Positions 37,307-50,648 of a stretch of 64,000 nt of DNA are shown here, piece by piece (the stretch's first letter is position 1; every line of letters starts with the position of its first letter). The DNA comes from Felis catus (taxonomy: Eukaryota). Made by a program: the position numbers and the translations under genes. Below the pieces are notes generated by a model that was not told the origin of the DNA, did not search any database, and was given only the letters and a program-made list of their open reading frames with translations. The stretch lies in NCBI RefSeq assembly GCF_018350175.1, contig NC_058384.1, positions 67,332,001 to 67,396,000 on the forward strand, in the 5' to 3' direction.

Positions 37307-38184
37307 GCCTGCGGCTCCCAAGCCCCCGCTTCCGCGCCAGCCCCCGAGCCGTCTCCCGCGGGCCTCCGCGGGCACCTCCCCGAGCTCCGGGCCGCTCCGG
37401 AACGCCGCGCGACCCGGAGGTCCCGGCCGCGCTCCGCGGTGACGACGCAACACCGCCCCCCGCCGCAGGGGGCGCCGGGAGTTGTAGTTCCGTGCGGCCT
37501 TGCGGCGCACCCTGGGAACTGTAGTTCGCCTTTCCCCGGGGAGCACGCGGTGGAGGGGGGCGGAAAGAGCGGGAGCGAAAAGGACAGCGGCAGTACTGGA
37601 AGGACGTTTAACCCCTCCCCGGGGGCAGAAGCGTCATCATGCCCGCTTGACAATCCACGACCAGTAACTGAAAACAGCAATCCCCGTATTTGTCAGGCAC
37701 ACGTTTGTTACTTTTGAAAGCAGTTTCCTACGTTATGCACGGCCCTGTGGGATGAGACCAAGGCTCAGAAAGGCCGCGCCTGCCGAACCCAGGCCCCTGG
37801 AGCCGTACTTAGTAACGTCGTGCAGGCCACGACCTTCGGGGGCATAGTCAGTCCTAGAGGTGAGATCTTGGGTGGACGTCCAGAAGTGGGCGAACTCAGC
37901 CTCCGAGGCGGGAGGGGCCCGGGAACGGAGCCAACGCGGTGACGGGGACAGCGTTTGGTCCGCGAGCGGGAGTCCCCGCGGAGGCGGCCGGCCTGGGCTG
38001 GCTGCCGGCTGTCGTGGGGAGCCCGCCCCGCCCCGTGAGGCCCGGTGCGGCGGCGCGGCCCCGGCTGCAGTGCCCCCCCAGGCCGCCCGGGGCGCTGTGG
38101 GCGCCGCTGGTCCGGAGGGCGGCGCGGCCGCGGGGAGGGGAGGGCAGGGCAGGGGGGGTGCGGAGGGGCGGAGGCCGGAGCCGA
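37307..38184. promoter_or_regulatory. Bidirectional CpG-island promoter for LAMTOR2 and UBQLN4
   Basis: Head-to-head genes about 1 kb apart. Two ACTACA-nnTCCC (ZNF143/THAP11-type) motifs on - at 37477-37488 and 37514-37525, a CTCF-like GCCGCAGGGGGCGC at about 37462, and GC boxes. Confidence 0.85.
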
Positions 38185-38362
38185 NNNNNNNNNNNNNNNN
38201 NNNNNNNNNNNNNNNNNNNNNNNNNNNNNNNNNNNNNNNNNNNNNNNNNNNNNNNNNNNNNNNNNNNNNNNNNNNNNNNNNNNNNNNNNNNNNNNNNNNN
38301 NNNNNNNNNNNNNNNNNNNNNNNNNNNNNNNNNNNNNNNNNNNNNNNNNNNNNNNNNNNNNN

Positions 38363-38379
38363 GAGCCTCCGTCAAGGAG
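38363..38379 (+). CDS. UBQLN4: UBQLN4 exon 1, 3' end (remainder in N-gap 38185-38362)
   Basis: GA GCC TCC GTC AAG GAG|gtagta = (R)ASVKE, joining exon 2 FKEEIS. Confidence 0.85.
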
Positions 38380-39802
38380 GTAGTACGCGCGGCGAGGGTC
38401 GCGGAGGAGGGGTCTGCGAAGAGAGGGGTGGCCCCGAGGCGCTGGGGCGGCGGGCGGGGGCCCCGCAGGCTCTCGGAGGGGCGGGAGGCGCGGAGCGGGG
38501 CTGGGGGCGTCCGGCGAGAGGGAGCCGGCGAGCGCGGCGCGTGCGGCGGACGCGAGGCCGGGGCGCGCCTTGTGGCCTGGGCTGGGGGCGTGGCGGAGAG
38601 TGGGGAGGGGGCACCTGGCACCGCGCAGGGGAAGGACCAGGGCCTTGAGGGCAGCGTGCGCCGCGGGGAATGGCCGGGGGGCCGGGGGGCCGGGGCGCCG
38701 AGGCCGGGCGGGCTCCGGGCACGGCGCTGCGCCAGGAGAGCGGGCGGGGGGCGCCTCCGGGTTCTGGGACGCGGGGCGCCGGGGGAGCATTTCCCCGGGC
38801 CCGTATCCTTCCGACGCTCCCAAATCGAGGGGGTTACGGTGGGCCCTCGGCCTCTCTGGGACTTACGGTGTGCAGTAGGTGCTCAATAAAAGTGTGTTGA
38901 ATGAGTGAATGAGGGAGCTTTTCCTGTGTTCGCACCTCCTGTGGCTGCTCCACAATTTCACGCAGGCGGGGCTTAACACAGGCCATCTGGTTGGAAGGAA
39001 GGGCTCTGGAAGCTGCGTTTGCTTAGCAAGTGCACTCTTTACTGAGAGTGTCTGTTTTGGTTTAAGTTTGTTTTGGAGGGGAGAGCTGATAGATTTGGGG
39101 AGTCTCACTCTCCCAAGCCAGTCTTTAGTGCCATCACTGCTCCCTCTCCCCCCTTGTAAAGTGACTGCATTCCAGAACTTACATTCTCTGCCCTGCAAAG
39201 CTGAATTTGAAGTCAGCTTGAATTGCGAGACAGTGTGTTTGGTCAAGAGCTGGGGCTTTGGGGTCAAGTCCTGCGTTCCGGTGCAGTTACATAACTGCTC
39301 TGAGCCTCAGTTTTCTCATCTTTAAAATGGAGATAATGATTCATACGTATCTCATGGGACTGAGACTCTTAACTCCTGAGGAGTCACTGCTGGGGTGCGT
39401 TTGTCCTAGTTGTTGCAAGATGGCTGGGCGTGAGGAAAGTTGGGGTCTGAGAACGGAGGCGGGGCGGGGGTGGGGGGGTGGACAGGGCCTGGGTGGAAGG
39501 CTGTTGCAGGAGTTGGGATGGGCAGGGGCCAGCAGGGCAGGGCCCTCACAGGGATCTGGGCAGAGGGACTGCGGAGGGGGTGGCAGGAAGCAGCAAGGGC
39601 CTTCTGGGGTGGGAGACCCCAGGAGCTGAGCTGAGAGGGGACGTCACCGGTCCTTCTCTTTGGTTAACAAAGGGGCCTGCTTCTCGCAGCAGGCTGGATG
39701 GAGTTGAGACTGCGGAAGGGACTTCCCCTGGGGGCTAGAGGCAGGGTCCCTGGTGGGTGGAGCCCAGGAGCCTCCGCAGTGACTTCTGCCTCCTGACCAC
39801 AG

Positions 39803-39954
39803 TTCAAAGAGGAGATCTCCAGGAGGTTTAAGGCTCAGCAGGATCAGCTGGTCCTGATCTTCGCAGGCAAGATCCTCAAGGATGGGGACACCCTGAACCA
39901 GCATGGGATCAAGGATGGGCTCACTGTCCATCTGGTCATCAAGACCCCTCAGAA
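39803..39954 (+). CDS. UBQLN4: UBQLN4 exon 2 (UBL domain)
   Basis: [51 protein letters not shown]. Flanked by AG and GT. Confidence 0.97.
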
Positions 39955-40307
39955 GTAAGTCCAGGAGAGGAGCACATCCAACTTCTGATCAGGCCTCTTT
40001 TCCCCCGGTGTCTCACCCGTCACTCACCTGTACCTGGAGGGCCCTGCCGAGGTCCGGGAAGAATTGGCAAGCCCTACCAGGGGAGGGGACGGGACTCACC
40101 TCTCCCAGAATGCCCCGGAGGCAGCTGGTGCTAGCTTCTCCCTCGGCCTGAACTACTAACTGCCCCCAGCATTACCACACCCCCGCCTGAGGGCTGCTCA
40201 GGAGGTGGCTTGTGATAGGGTAGTAGAGGCACCGAAAGTCCTCCTCTGAGATCCCCGTCTTCCCTCTGGGGCTCACCTCAGCTGGGACTTCATTTCTCTG
40301 TCCTCAG

Positions 40308-40525
40308 GGCTCCAGATCCAGCTGCCACCACTGCTTCTTCCCCCTCCACTCCAGACCCTGCCTCGGCACCCTCCACCACGCCCGCTTCACCCGCCGCCCC
40401 GGCCCAGCCCTCCACCTCTGGCAGCGCCACTTCGGATGCTGGCAGCGGAAGCCGGAGGAGCAGTGGGGGGGGGCCCTCCCCTGGGGCTGGGGAGGGACCC
40501 CCCAGCGCTACTGCATCCATACTCT
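40308..40525 (+). CDS. UBQLN4: UBQLN4 exon 3
   Basis: APDPAATTASSPSTPDPASAPSTTPASPA...ATASIL. Phases match the neighbouring exons. Confidence 0.95.
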
Positions 40526-41100
40526 GTAAGCCCTGAGGGAGGAGGTCACAGTCCTGCTTTGGGCTAGGGCGCGGGGGGAGCCAAGAGGAGGCAGAAACAT
40601 GGTCCCTGCTCCTGGTCTGATGGGGACAGGGAACCCCTGGACATAGGGTTCCAGACATTGCTGCTTGAGCGGAGCAGGGGAGGACATCCGTCTATGAGGG
40701 CCTCCCGGAGGAGGGGAGCATGGGTGAACGTTAAGGGGACGGGAGAAATGAGGTTGCGGACGTGGCGAATGCGGGGTGAGGATACTGGAGTTTGGGGACA
40801 GAGTGGGTCCAGCAGCAGCCAGCTGGGCAGTGTTTAGGCTCATTCAGCAGGCCGTCGCTGGTCGCCGTCTCTTTGCTCAGTGCCGTGCCCGGCTCTCGGC
40901 CTCGGCTTCCAGAGAGGTCTCGGTCTGCTAGGCTCCCGTCTCTGCCGGCAGCGGGCCAGGGCTTGGGCCCGGGGAAGGGTTGGAAAGGGGAGATGCCAGA
41001 AGCAGACAGGGCCCATCGCGGAGGCCTGCATTCGGCGGCGGCTGTGGCCGGGTGGGGGCAGGGTTTTGCGGCGGGCCGTGACCCTGGCCCCTCCCCGCAG

Positions 41101-41363
41101 CTGGCTTTGGGGGCCTCCTGGGCCTGGGCAGCCTGGGCCTGGGCTCCGCCAACTTCATGGAGCTGCAGCAGCAAATGCAGAGACAGCTGATGTCCAACCC
41201 CGAGATGCTGTCGCAGATCATGGAGAACCCCCTGGTCCAGGACATGATGTCCAACCCCGACCTCATGCGCCACATGATCATGGCCAACCCCCAGATGCAG
41301 CAGTTGATGGAGCGGAACCCTGAGATCAGCCACATGCTCAACAACCCGGAGCTCATGAGGCAG
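41101..41363 (+). CDS. UBQLN4: UBQLN4 exon 4 (STI1 repeats)
   Basis: [36 protein letters not shown]...NPELMRQ|gtgggt. Confidence 0.97.
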
Positions 41364-42931
41364 GTGGGTGTGAGAGAAGGTTGGGGTGGGGACGGACAAG
41401 ACACCGGTGGGACTTTTCCCACCTCGCCCTGCCTTGGCTTATTTGGTGACTTACTCATCCGGCAGCCCTGTTTGGAGCACTGGGGGTGTAGTGACGACAA
41501 GGCACAGGCCTAGCTTTCCAGGAACTTCTGGTCTCAAAAGGAAATGGGACAAGCAAGCGTGCAGTAGTAACGTGGCGTGGTTGGTGATGTCATAGTCGCG
41601 GGATCCCCTAAGAGAAGGGCTCCTGGCCCTACCCGGGGAGTGGGGGGGAGCGCTCAGAGGAGGCTCTGGAGGAAGTGTCAGCCACGCTGAGACCCAGAGG
41701 AGGAATCATGAGCCAGAGGAAGAAAAAGAGGAGAGTGTTCAGGCCTGAGGGACAGCACGTGCAAAGGCCTGGGTGTAGGGTGTTCGGGGAGCGTCATGGC
41801 TGGGCCGGGCAGGGCTGGTGGCCGAAGGACGCCCGGCAGCGGCGGCGTGTCAGGCTTCGGGAGCCCTGTCTCATGGCCCAGTCCCCCGGGGGAAGAGGAG
41901 AGATGACGTCAGCGGAGCCGTGGGCACCGGTGCTGGGTTCCCCTGGAGATAAGTGCCTTCGGAGCAAGGACTTGCGGGTGTTTTCTTCCCTGCCTAGAAT
42001 GGCTCCTGGTGCGTGGAAGTCACTCCGGAAACACTTAGAGAATGAGTGAATTATGGGGTAAGGAGTCAGGGTCCCGTCTTAGACGTAAAGGTGCTTTAGT
42101 GAGCACTTGTGGAGGGACTTGGGAGTAGGGACAGGGAAGGCATCCCAGGCAGGGTGCCCTCTGTCCCCCGTCATGCACTGCTGTCCCCTGGAGTTGACAC
42201 AGGCCAGCCCTTATTGAGAGTGAGCCCCCATCCCGTCCGCGGGTTTCTCAAGGTTTGGCCAGGCCGGAGACCTGGGGGTGGGGTTAGAGAGTGCTGGTCG
42301 TGTCACCCCAGCGTGAATCCTTTTCCCTCCCCAACTTACGGTCATCTTCCGGGAACCGCAGTGTGGTCTTGGACAGACAGAGTGATCTGGCCTCAAAACC
42401 TGGCCCCACCACTAACCGGCTGTGTGTCCCCAGTGAATCTCAGCCTATTTCCTCATCTACAGAATAGGGACAGAAATATCTCCTCGGGACAATTATCATG
42501 GGGAGCACGTGACTTCCGTTGTGTGAATTACTTAGCTGGGTGCCTGTGTATCATAGGTGCTCAGATGTTACTCTCCTCTGCTTCCTCCTCCTCGTGTCCT
42601 TTCCTACCAGTTTCCTTTTGCTCCCTGTACTTCCGAGGGCCTCAGGTTCAAGGGCCTCCTGAACCTGAGGAAGAGAAGCTGCTGTCCTCGGCCCCCCACC
42701 CCTGGGTCGTTGTACCACAGCACAAAGCCAGGCAGACTACCCTTGCAGGCAGGGACAGAACCAAGATGACAGTAGAGGGAGGAAGTTACCTGCCACCCTG
42801 CCGCTGTGGGGCAGTTCCTGGGCCCTGGACCCTAGTCCTGGGACAGACCTCCTCCTCAGGGCCCACCCCCGGCCAAGCCTGGTGCCCCCCTGGTTCTGGG
42901 GTTCTTCCTGTCTCTCTCCCTTCTCCGCCAG

Positions 42932-43090
42932 ACCATGGAGCTTGCTCGAAATCCAGCCATGATGCAAGAAATGATGCGGAACCAGGACCGGGCCCTGAGC
43001 AACCTGGAGAGCATCCCCGGAGGGTATAACGCCCTCCGCCGCATGTACACAGACATCCAAGAGCCGATGTTCAGTGCTGCCCGGGAACAG
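42932..43090 (+). CDS. UBQLN4: UBQLN4 exon 5
   Basis: [53 protein letters not shown]|gt. Confidence 0.97.
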
Positions 43091-43367
43091 GTGGGACCAG
43101 GGGCTGGGCCGTGGGAGGGCTGTTTGGGCTCAGGATTCCCTATCCCCGGATCCAAGTCAGCCTCTTTGCCTACGCAGCCCTCCGACAGTGGGCCTTGGCT
43201 CGAGAGCGGTTCTCACAGCACAGGCGGGGGTGGTCCAGCCTGGCCCGGGGCGGGGCGGCAGGGTGGAAGGTAGCAGAATTCCCCAGGGAAGCGGGCGGGG
43301 TGTAGCGTGCAAAGCGTCAGACAACTTCTTGCCCCGGGGGCTCAGGGGCTCAGGGGCCGTGGGGCCG

Positions 43368-43550
43368 GCAGCGTGTCTCAAGTGTGGTCCTTGGATCACC
43401 TGCATCAGAATCACCCAGGGGGGCTCGCCGATCATCAGATTCCTGGTTCCCACCTTCGAGCCTCTTCCTGACTCAATCTCTGGAATCAGGCCCTGGGAAT
43501 ATGCACTTTGAAAAGTACCTTATGGATTCTTCCAAATATGTGAGAAGTGT
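43368..43550. mobile_element. MER5-type DNA transposon relic
   Basis: gtctcaagtgtggtcc...ctgcatcagaatcacc...aggccctgggaatatgcac. Confidence 0.55.
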
Positions 43551-44784
43551 AGACCAAAGTACGGCATCCTTTCACGCCCCTGTATGTAGTGTCAGTGTCT
43601 TTTGGGTTCTCTTTTTTTCTTTTTTAAGTTTAATTTACACTAAGTACGTGATACAAATATTTACGCACTTCGAAGTTCCGAAGTTATACAAAGTAAACAA
43701 TAGGGGATCTGTCCTTCTGGTTCCATCTCCCAGCCACCTCTTTTCTACCTCAGAGGTGACTGCTGTGAGTGTTTTTTATAATTTCCTGGGCGTATTTTAT
43801 ACTTGCAAGTAAGGCTTTGCAGAAAGAAGTGTAGCTTCATGCAGCCCTGCCCCAGTTTACAGCTCCTTCCCTCTCCAGAGCTGACTGCCACTGAGAAGTT
43901 GGTGTTTACCGTCTTGATTCTTTTATGGCCCATGTTTGTATCCGTAAATAATGTAGAGTATTGTCTTGCATATTTTTAAGCCTCCTAGAAGTGGCGTCCT
44001 GCTGTTCATATAATTTTAACCTGCTTTTTAAAACCATTTCTTACGAATACTTTTCTTGGAGAATAACATGGCTTCAGAAAGGGACACATATCACAAGCGT
44101 GCAGCTTGATGGAGTTTCACGAACTGAACACACACACACCCCAAACCAGGGCCCAGGCGGGAGGGTGGGATCTCCTGTTCCTTTTTCCTCGTGGACGAGA
44201 GCACCACGTCCTGCGTGGTCTGTGCTGTCCCAGCAGATTTCCTTGTTCATGCCGCCTCCGTCCTACACCAAATCTCCACAAATAAGTGGGAGTCTAGCTG
44301 ACTGTGCGCGGGCCCGCCGGTCGGTCTGTCTGTCCTTGTGGTGATACCACATTGTCCTGATTAAGCCTGGGCATCTGGTAGAGCAAACCCCTCACCTTGC
44401 TCTCCCGCGTCTTCTTGGGTATTCTTGGCAATGTTGTTGCAAACCTTAGAACGTGCTTGTCGGGATCAACTATGAGTTTTTAAAGGAATTTGTTTAAGTT
44501 TTATTTAAGTATTTAATTAAAAACGTATATCCAAGTAATGCATGCATCTGGTTAAAAAAAAAAAAAACCAAGGAGCTGAGAAAGGCTTATAACAAGCCCT
44601 CCGGCTAACTGATGCAGGCTAAATTGTAAGAACCGTTGGAATAACTAAAAGAACACACTTTGGGCGTCGGCAAACCTGGGTTCAAATACCTAACGCCCAT
44701 TTTTAGTGGCGCAGTTTTAAGTTAGCTGCTTAACCTTTCTGAGTCTTAGCGTCCGTGTTTTCAAAATGGAAGTGATATAATAAA

Positions 44785-45262
44785 GCGGTGATGCTTGACT
44801 CTTTTGGCCTCAGGACCCCTTTATACCCTTAAGAATTATTGAGGACCTCAAAAAGGTTTTCTTTTTGTGGATTGGGTCTCTTGATAGCCACTGTATCTGA
44901 AATGAAGACCGAGAAACTTACAGAAGGTTGATTAATTCGTTTTAAAACGACAGTAAATACCCTACACATTAATATAAAAAGCACATTCGCTTAAAAAATA
45001 ACTTAATTTTCCAAAACAAAACTTTAGAGGAGAGCGGCCTTGTTCTAACTTTTGCAGACTCCCTTGCCGTCTGGCTTGCTGTGGGACCCAATTCTGCTTC
45101 CGCACTTGGTCTGGTGCAGTATCACATGTCACATAGCCTCTGGAAAACGCCACTGAACACTCATGAAAACAACAAGAGTGAAAAAAGGCAAATAGCGTCT
45201 CAGAATTCTAAAACCAGGGTTAAGCCTTGCAAGGGTCCCAGGACCACACTTTGAGAACTGGT
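44785..45262. mobile_element. Old hAT-Charlie-type DNA transposon relic
   Basis: ctcaggacccctttatacccttaagaattattgaggacc start and ggaccacactttgagaactg end, typical of Charlie/MER elements. Subfamily not assigned. Confidence 0.6.
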
Positions 45263-46488
45263 ACATTGGAGGGCTACTGTAAACATTAGAAGAAACATGC
45301 CTGGTACATAGTAGGTGCTCAATAAATGGCAGCTGTGATTGCCCGAGGGTGGTCAGAAAGAGATTCAGTCCATAGAGAGCACGGGGAAAACTAGGGGGCC
45401 CAGAACTCAGCGGTGGTGGGTGCCAGGCGAGTTACCAGGACGGGAAGTGTGAAACAGGGACAAAGCCTGAGGCTGGGGTACGCAGACCCCGGCCTGCTGG
45501 CTGTCATCCCAGCAGGCATCTGGTAAGGCGGAGGAAGCCCGGCTCAGAGCTGGAGGGCCTTGGCTGGCTCTGGTCCCCACGACCTGCTCTGAATGAGCAG
45601 GAGACCCCGCGGTGACAAGGGGCTGAAGCTGTGCAGCTGAGGACCACCCAGGACCTCAGGATGGGGGGCTGGAGCAGGGAAATAGGGCACAGACTCCCTC
45701 AGCGAGCACAGTGCTGGACGGAGCTCTTGCCTGGGTGCCGGGGGATCCAGAGGAAGTTGCATTGCCACCTTGGGCAGCACGCCATGTGACGGGGTGCCGA
45801 CCCTGAGGCCATCCTGGGGGACAGCAGGCAGCCTGGTGCTGAGGGGGCCTATGTAGCTGAAGGAAGGAGGCCGAGGAGAAAGCTGTGCGGGGGAAGCAGC
45901 GGAAGGAGGGCACGCTCAGCCGGAGATGAGTGCCCCCGAGGGGCTCCCCTGCGTGTGCTCGGAGGGACAGAATGCCATGAAGAGGACCTGGGCTTCTGGG
46001 GAGGTCCTACTGGACCAAGACGGCCGGACAGGGGGACGCCTAGAGGCAGCCCAGGGCCGACGTAGAGAGCCAGCTCCCCTCAAGCCAACAATTATTTATT
46101 GAGCACCTACTAGTGTCAGGGGAAAGGTGGGGTGCAAAGGTGACCTTGCCTGTGCCCCTGAAGACCCGAGGAAGACACATGTGTCCTTACGCGATGAGAA
46201 GGTGTGTGTAAAGTACCACAGGGCACAAAGGAGACTAGAGACCAAGTCTTTGGAGCCCTCGGGGAAGGTGGGAAGTTTCCAGTTACCTGAGGGGTTTTGT
46301 CATCCCCTGGCCGCTCCCGCACTGGCCACCTCCCACCCTGCAAGGTGAGGGTGTGGCTGCCCCCGTCTCTAGGCCAGAACTGGAGCGGAGGGCCTCCGGG
46401 ACCTCCCACCCCCTCCCTCTCCCAGGGAGGGGAGGCTGCTAGGTGAGAGGCGCGGGGGGCCTAGCCCTCACCCTGGTTTGTTTCGGTC

Positions 46489-46796
46489 NNNNNNNNNNNN
46501 NNNNNNNNNNNNNNNNNNNNNNNNNNNNNNNNNNNNNNNNNNNNNNNNNNNNNNNNNNNNNNNNNNNNNNNNNNNNNNNNNNNNNNNNNNNNNNNNNNNN
46601 NNNNNNNNNNNNNNNNNNNNNNNNNNNNNNNNNNNNNNNNNNNNNNNNNNNNNNNNNNNNNNNNNNNNNNNNNNNNNNNNNNNNNNNNNNNNNNNNNNNN
46701 NNNNNNNNNNNNNNNNNNNNNNNNNNNNNNNNNNNNNNNNNNNNNNNNNNNNNNNNNNNNNNNNNNNNNNNNNNNNNNNNNNNNNNNNNNNNNNNN
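46489..46796 (+). other. UBQLN4: Assembly gap expected to contain UBQLN4 exon 6
   Basis: Exon 5 ends in phase 0 and exon 7 starts in phase 1, so an exon is missing. A T-rich tract (ggtttgtttcggtc) abuts the 308-N gap. Confidence 0.75.
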
Positions 46797-47750
46797 CCCA
46801 GGACTGAATGGGGCTCGCACTGCTGCAGCCTCCCGAAGACAGGTGAGCCTGTACTGAAGCCCCGGAGGGGGGGGGGTCTGCAGCCTGGGGCAGAAGCTCT
46901 GCCCCCTTGGGATGAGGGGTGGTTTGGGCTGTGTCCTGACGTCCCTGGAGCAGCCTGAGTGACGGCACAGAGTAAAGCAGGCCCCACTCCGAAGCGCTCA
47001 GCACGGCTGGTACCATCCAGGCAAATGGGTCAACCTGGGGAAGTGGGTGTGGGAGGAAGCGGGCGCTCCCAGGGACAGGCAGGTGTGAGGCTGGGGGAGA
47101 AGGATGTGTGGACTTGCCATGACAGACAGGGGCGGGCTGTGCACAACCCTTGGGGAGGCCCCACTATCTGGACTGTGACCGTACATGTGACCCCGGGGAC
47201 GTCTCTGGTAGATGCCCCGGTCGGGGGGGGGGGGTGGGGCACCTTGATCAGGAGAGTCCCTTCCCCTCTGTGTGCTCCAGTCCCCTTATGACCTGTGGCT
47301 TTCAAATTGTACTCCTGAGTCCGGAGGTCCGGACTTTCCCCAGAAGGAGAAAGGACTGAGTGGGGGGGGCTCCAGCCAGTCCGTTGTCACACTTGGTTCG
47401 GAGTGACATCTGGTTTGAGGAAAGGGCCTCTGCCACTAAGAAAGACTGCCAACCACGAGCCTATGTGACCTCCGTCAGACCCTTTCCTGGAACGGCCCCG
47501 GGGCGGGGGGGGGGGGGGGACGCAAATGAGACCCAGTTTCCAACCTGCTTGTCCGTAGAGCAGCTGGGTGAGAGGCCGGGCTGAAGCAAGGCCAGAGCTG
47601 GGGCCCACGCCCCTGAACTGGGGGCGGCTTTTCGCCGCCCCTCTGAGCTCCCTAACGGCTCAACGTTGGAAATAAGGGAGATGGAAGAGGGGCAGGCATC
47701 TGGTTTCCATCTGGACCCTTTTGTCCTTGTCGTCTTCCTCCTCGTGCTAG

Positions 47751-47890
47751 GAGTGTTCAACAGCCCCGAGATGCAGGCTCTCCTCCAGCAGATCTCTGAA
47801 AACCCGCAGCTGATGCAGAACGTTATCTCTGCCCCCTACATGCGCAGCATGATGCAGACGCTGGCCCAGAACCCCGACTTTGCTGCTCAG
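47751..47890 (+). CDS. UBQLN4: UBQLN4 exon 7
   Basis: [46 protein letters not shown]|gtatgc. Confidence 0.96.
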
Positions 47891-48352
47891 GTATGCAGTG
47901 TGGGGGCAGTTCCTGCACAGTGGGCGGAAGCCGCGGGAGCCAGACGGCCTGGGCTCGTGTCTCCGGTCCCGCCCCCCCCCCCCCAACTGCGTGAGCTCAG
48001 CCGGTCCCGAGCCTCCCAGTTTGCTCACCTGTACGTGGCCGTGGCCATGGCCGTGGCCCCTCCCTCACGGCGTCCCGGGGGGCGCAGTGAGCTCATACGA
48101 GTAGAGCACCCGGAACGTGGCGTGGTGCCCAGTGCGCCCTGTACTTGGGGACACCGTCAACGCCAGGCGCGGGGCTGCGAGCCCTGGCCCAAGGCCCGGA
48201 GCGCGGTTCCGTCTCCTCTCACTGCCCCCGGGAGGCCTTCGGGATGCACGGGGACCCAGATCTCCCACGGCGGTGGGGGTGCCAAGGGAGACAGGCCGCC
48301 GGGATTCTGAGGGCGGGTGGGCCCAGGCCTCCCTCCCGCCTTCACCCCGCAG

Positions 48353-48436
48353 ATGATGGTGAACGTGCCGCTCTTTGCGGGGAACCCCCAGCTGCAGGAG
48401 CAGCTCCGCCTCCAGCTCCCCGTCTTCCTGCAGCAG
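48353..48436 (+). CDS. UBQLN4: UBQLN4 exon 8
   Basis: [28 protein letters not shown]|gtgggt. Confidence 0.96.
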
Positions 48437-48550
48437 GTGGGTGAGGCCAGGGACACGGGGCATGGGGGGGGGGGGGGGGAGGCAGAGCAGAGCTCCGGGT
48501 GGCCGCCTGGGTCCTGCCACCACTGCCTTCCTTTGCCTGTTTCCCGCCAG

Positions 48551-48666
48551 ATGCAGAACCCGGAGTCCCTGTCCGTGCTCACCAACCCCCGCGCCATGCA
48601 GGCCCTGCTGCAGATCCAGCAGGGCCTGCAGACCCTGCAGACCGAGGCCCCTGGGCTGGTACCCAG
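48551..48666 (+). CDS. UBQLN4: UBQLN4 exon 9
   Basis: [38 protein letters not shown]|gtgagg. Confidence 0.96.
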
Positions 48667-48847
48667 GTGAGGGCGGGGCCGGGGGCGGGGGGGAGGGGCA
48701 CAAGGCTCTGGCTCCGCCTCCGCGCCAGGCCCCGCCCCGCCGCTCTGAGGGTCTGCTCTCCTGCTTGTGCGCTCCGCCTTCTGGACCTCACGTTCCCATC
48801 CCTTTCTCAGAGGCTGCCTCCCACCTCTTGGTCTCTCCTGCCTGCAG

Positions 48848-49034
48848 CCTTGGCTCCTTCGGGATGTCCCGGACCCCGGCGGCCCCGGCAGGCAGCGACA
48901 CTGGGTCTGCGCCCGAGGCCCCCACCTCCTCGCCAGCGCCCCCCGCCACGCCTTCTCCAGCGGGGGCTCCCAATGCTCCCCAGCACCTCATGCAGCAGAT
49001 GGTCCAGCTGTTGGCAGGGGGCGGGAACTCCCAG
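48848..49034 (+). CDS. UBQLN4: UBQLN4 exon 10
   Basis: SLGSFGMSRTPAAPAGSD...LMQQMVQLLAGGGNSQ|gtacgc. Confidence 0.95.
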
Positions 49035-50402
49035 GTACGCGGGGCTGCGGGGCCGGTGTGGGGGGTGGCGGCAGCCTGGAGAGGCAGAGCGGGTTTGGAG
49101 CCAGCCGGACCGCCGCCCGCGGGGCTTGGTCTGCCCCTTGCTGGCCTTGGGCCGGTTGCCGCCTTCTCCACGTTGGCTTTTGCGGCTGTGCGATGGAGAC
49201 GAGAGTAATGATAGAACTTAATCGGGCTCTGGGGGCCGTTCTCATGCCTGGTGTGCGAGAGCACATTCGCTCCACTCCTCACAACGGCCTTGGAAAGAAG
49301 CTGCTATATCTGTGTTATAAAAGGGGGAAACTGAGGCCCAGAGAGGGTAAGTGGCTTGCTCAGAGTCCCGCAGCCAGTAAGTAATGAGGCCAAGGTATGC
49401 TGGCTCCTGAGTTTACACACCTTAACCACCACGTCCTACCGCTGCTTCCTTCTATCACAGGGTCCTTTGGTGATTAAATCAGCCTCCGCCTCCAAGACTA
49501 GCGCGGAGAGTTCTGGGGGAGGAGGTAACTAGAACCCTGTGTTGCAAAGTCAAGGCTAGGGGATTGGGTGAGGAGTAGGGTTGACCTCAGGTGAGGCCCT
49601 TAACCTTTCTCTGGCTTCCCTAACTCGTCTGGGAGGACCCTTTTGACAGAAACGTAAGTGTGCCCAGCTCTGCAGGAGGCTCTGTTCTACAGAACCCTGT
49701 AGAAGGGTTGGACCAAGAGTCACCAAGGAAGGTCCAGTCCGGCTTAGATCCTGTGGACCGTGAGGAGAAGCAGCACCCAACCCTGGAGAAGGCTCTCGTG
49801 CTGCACGTTAGGGGGCTTCTGTGACCCTCGGCACATCCTCTCCTTCTGGGGACAGTGCATTCACCCTATCAGAGGCCGGGCGGGCTGTCACTGCTGGGCT
49901 CCTTTATGACCAAGGCTAGTGCTTCCTGCACATCCTTTGGGAAAGCATTTCCAGGAGATGTATATAGGCGTGTCAGACACGAAAAGCCTTCTCTTCTGTA
50001 AATAATGGTGTTTGTTGATTGGCTAACCGTGATCAAACAGGTTCCTTCTTTCCTGGGGCCCTTCCCTGGCCTTTCCCCTGGCTCCCTGCTTGAAGACGGC
50101 CGGGGGCAGGGCTGGGGGTGGACTTTGTGCAGACCGTGCGTCTTACCGAGCACACACCATTTGGTTTCTGGAGCGCCATTAACCTCTCCGGGGACAGAAA
50201 GTGGTTAGGAATATAGGCTGCTCTGGGCCCGTCTGTTACTTCAAAATGTTCAGAAAGACACCCCCCACCTTCTGTTACACAGTCGTTGACTGATGTGGGG
50301 TGCAGGCTCCGTGACCCCTGTCTGAGGCTCACCCTTCCCTGCCCACTGGTTGGGTCTGAGGATGCTGGAGAAGACCTACTGGTCATCTGCTCTGCGCCGT
50401 AA

Positions 50403-50648
<246 letters not shown>

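Noticed and set aside
37765-38889. Long ORFs across the UBQLN4 5' region
   Set aside because: CpG-island and N-gap artefacts. Only the ASVKE exon end is genuine.
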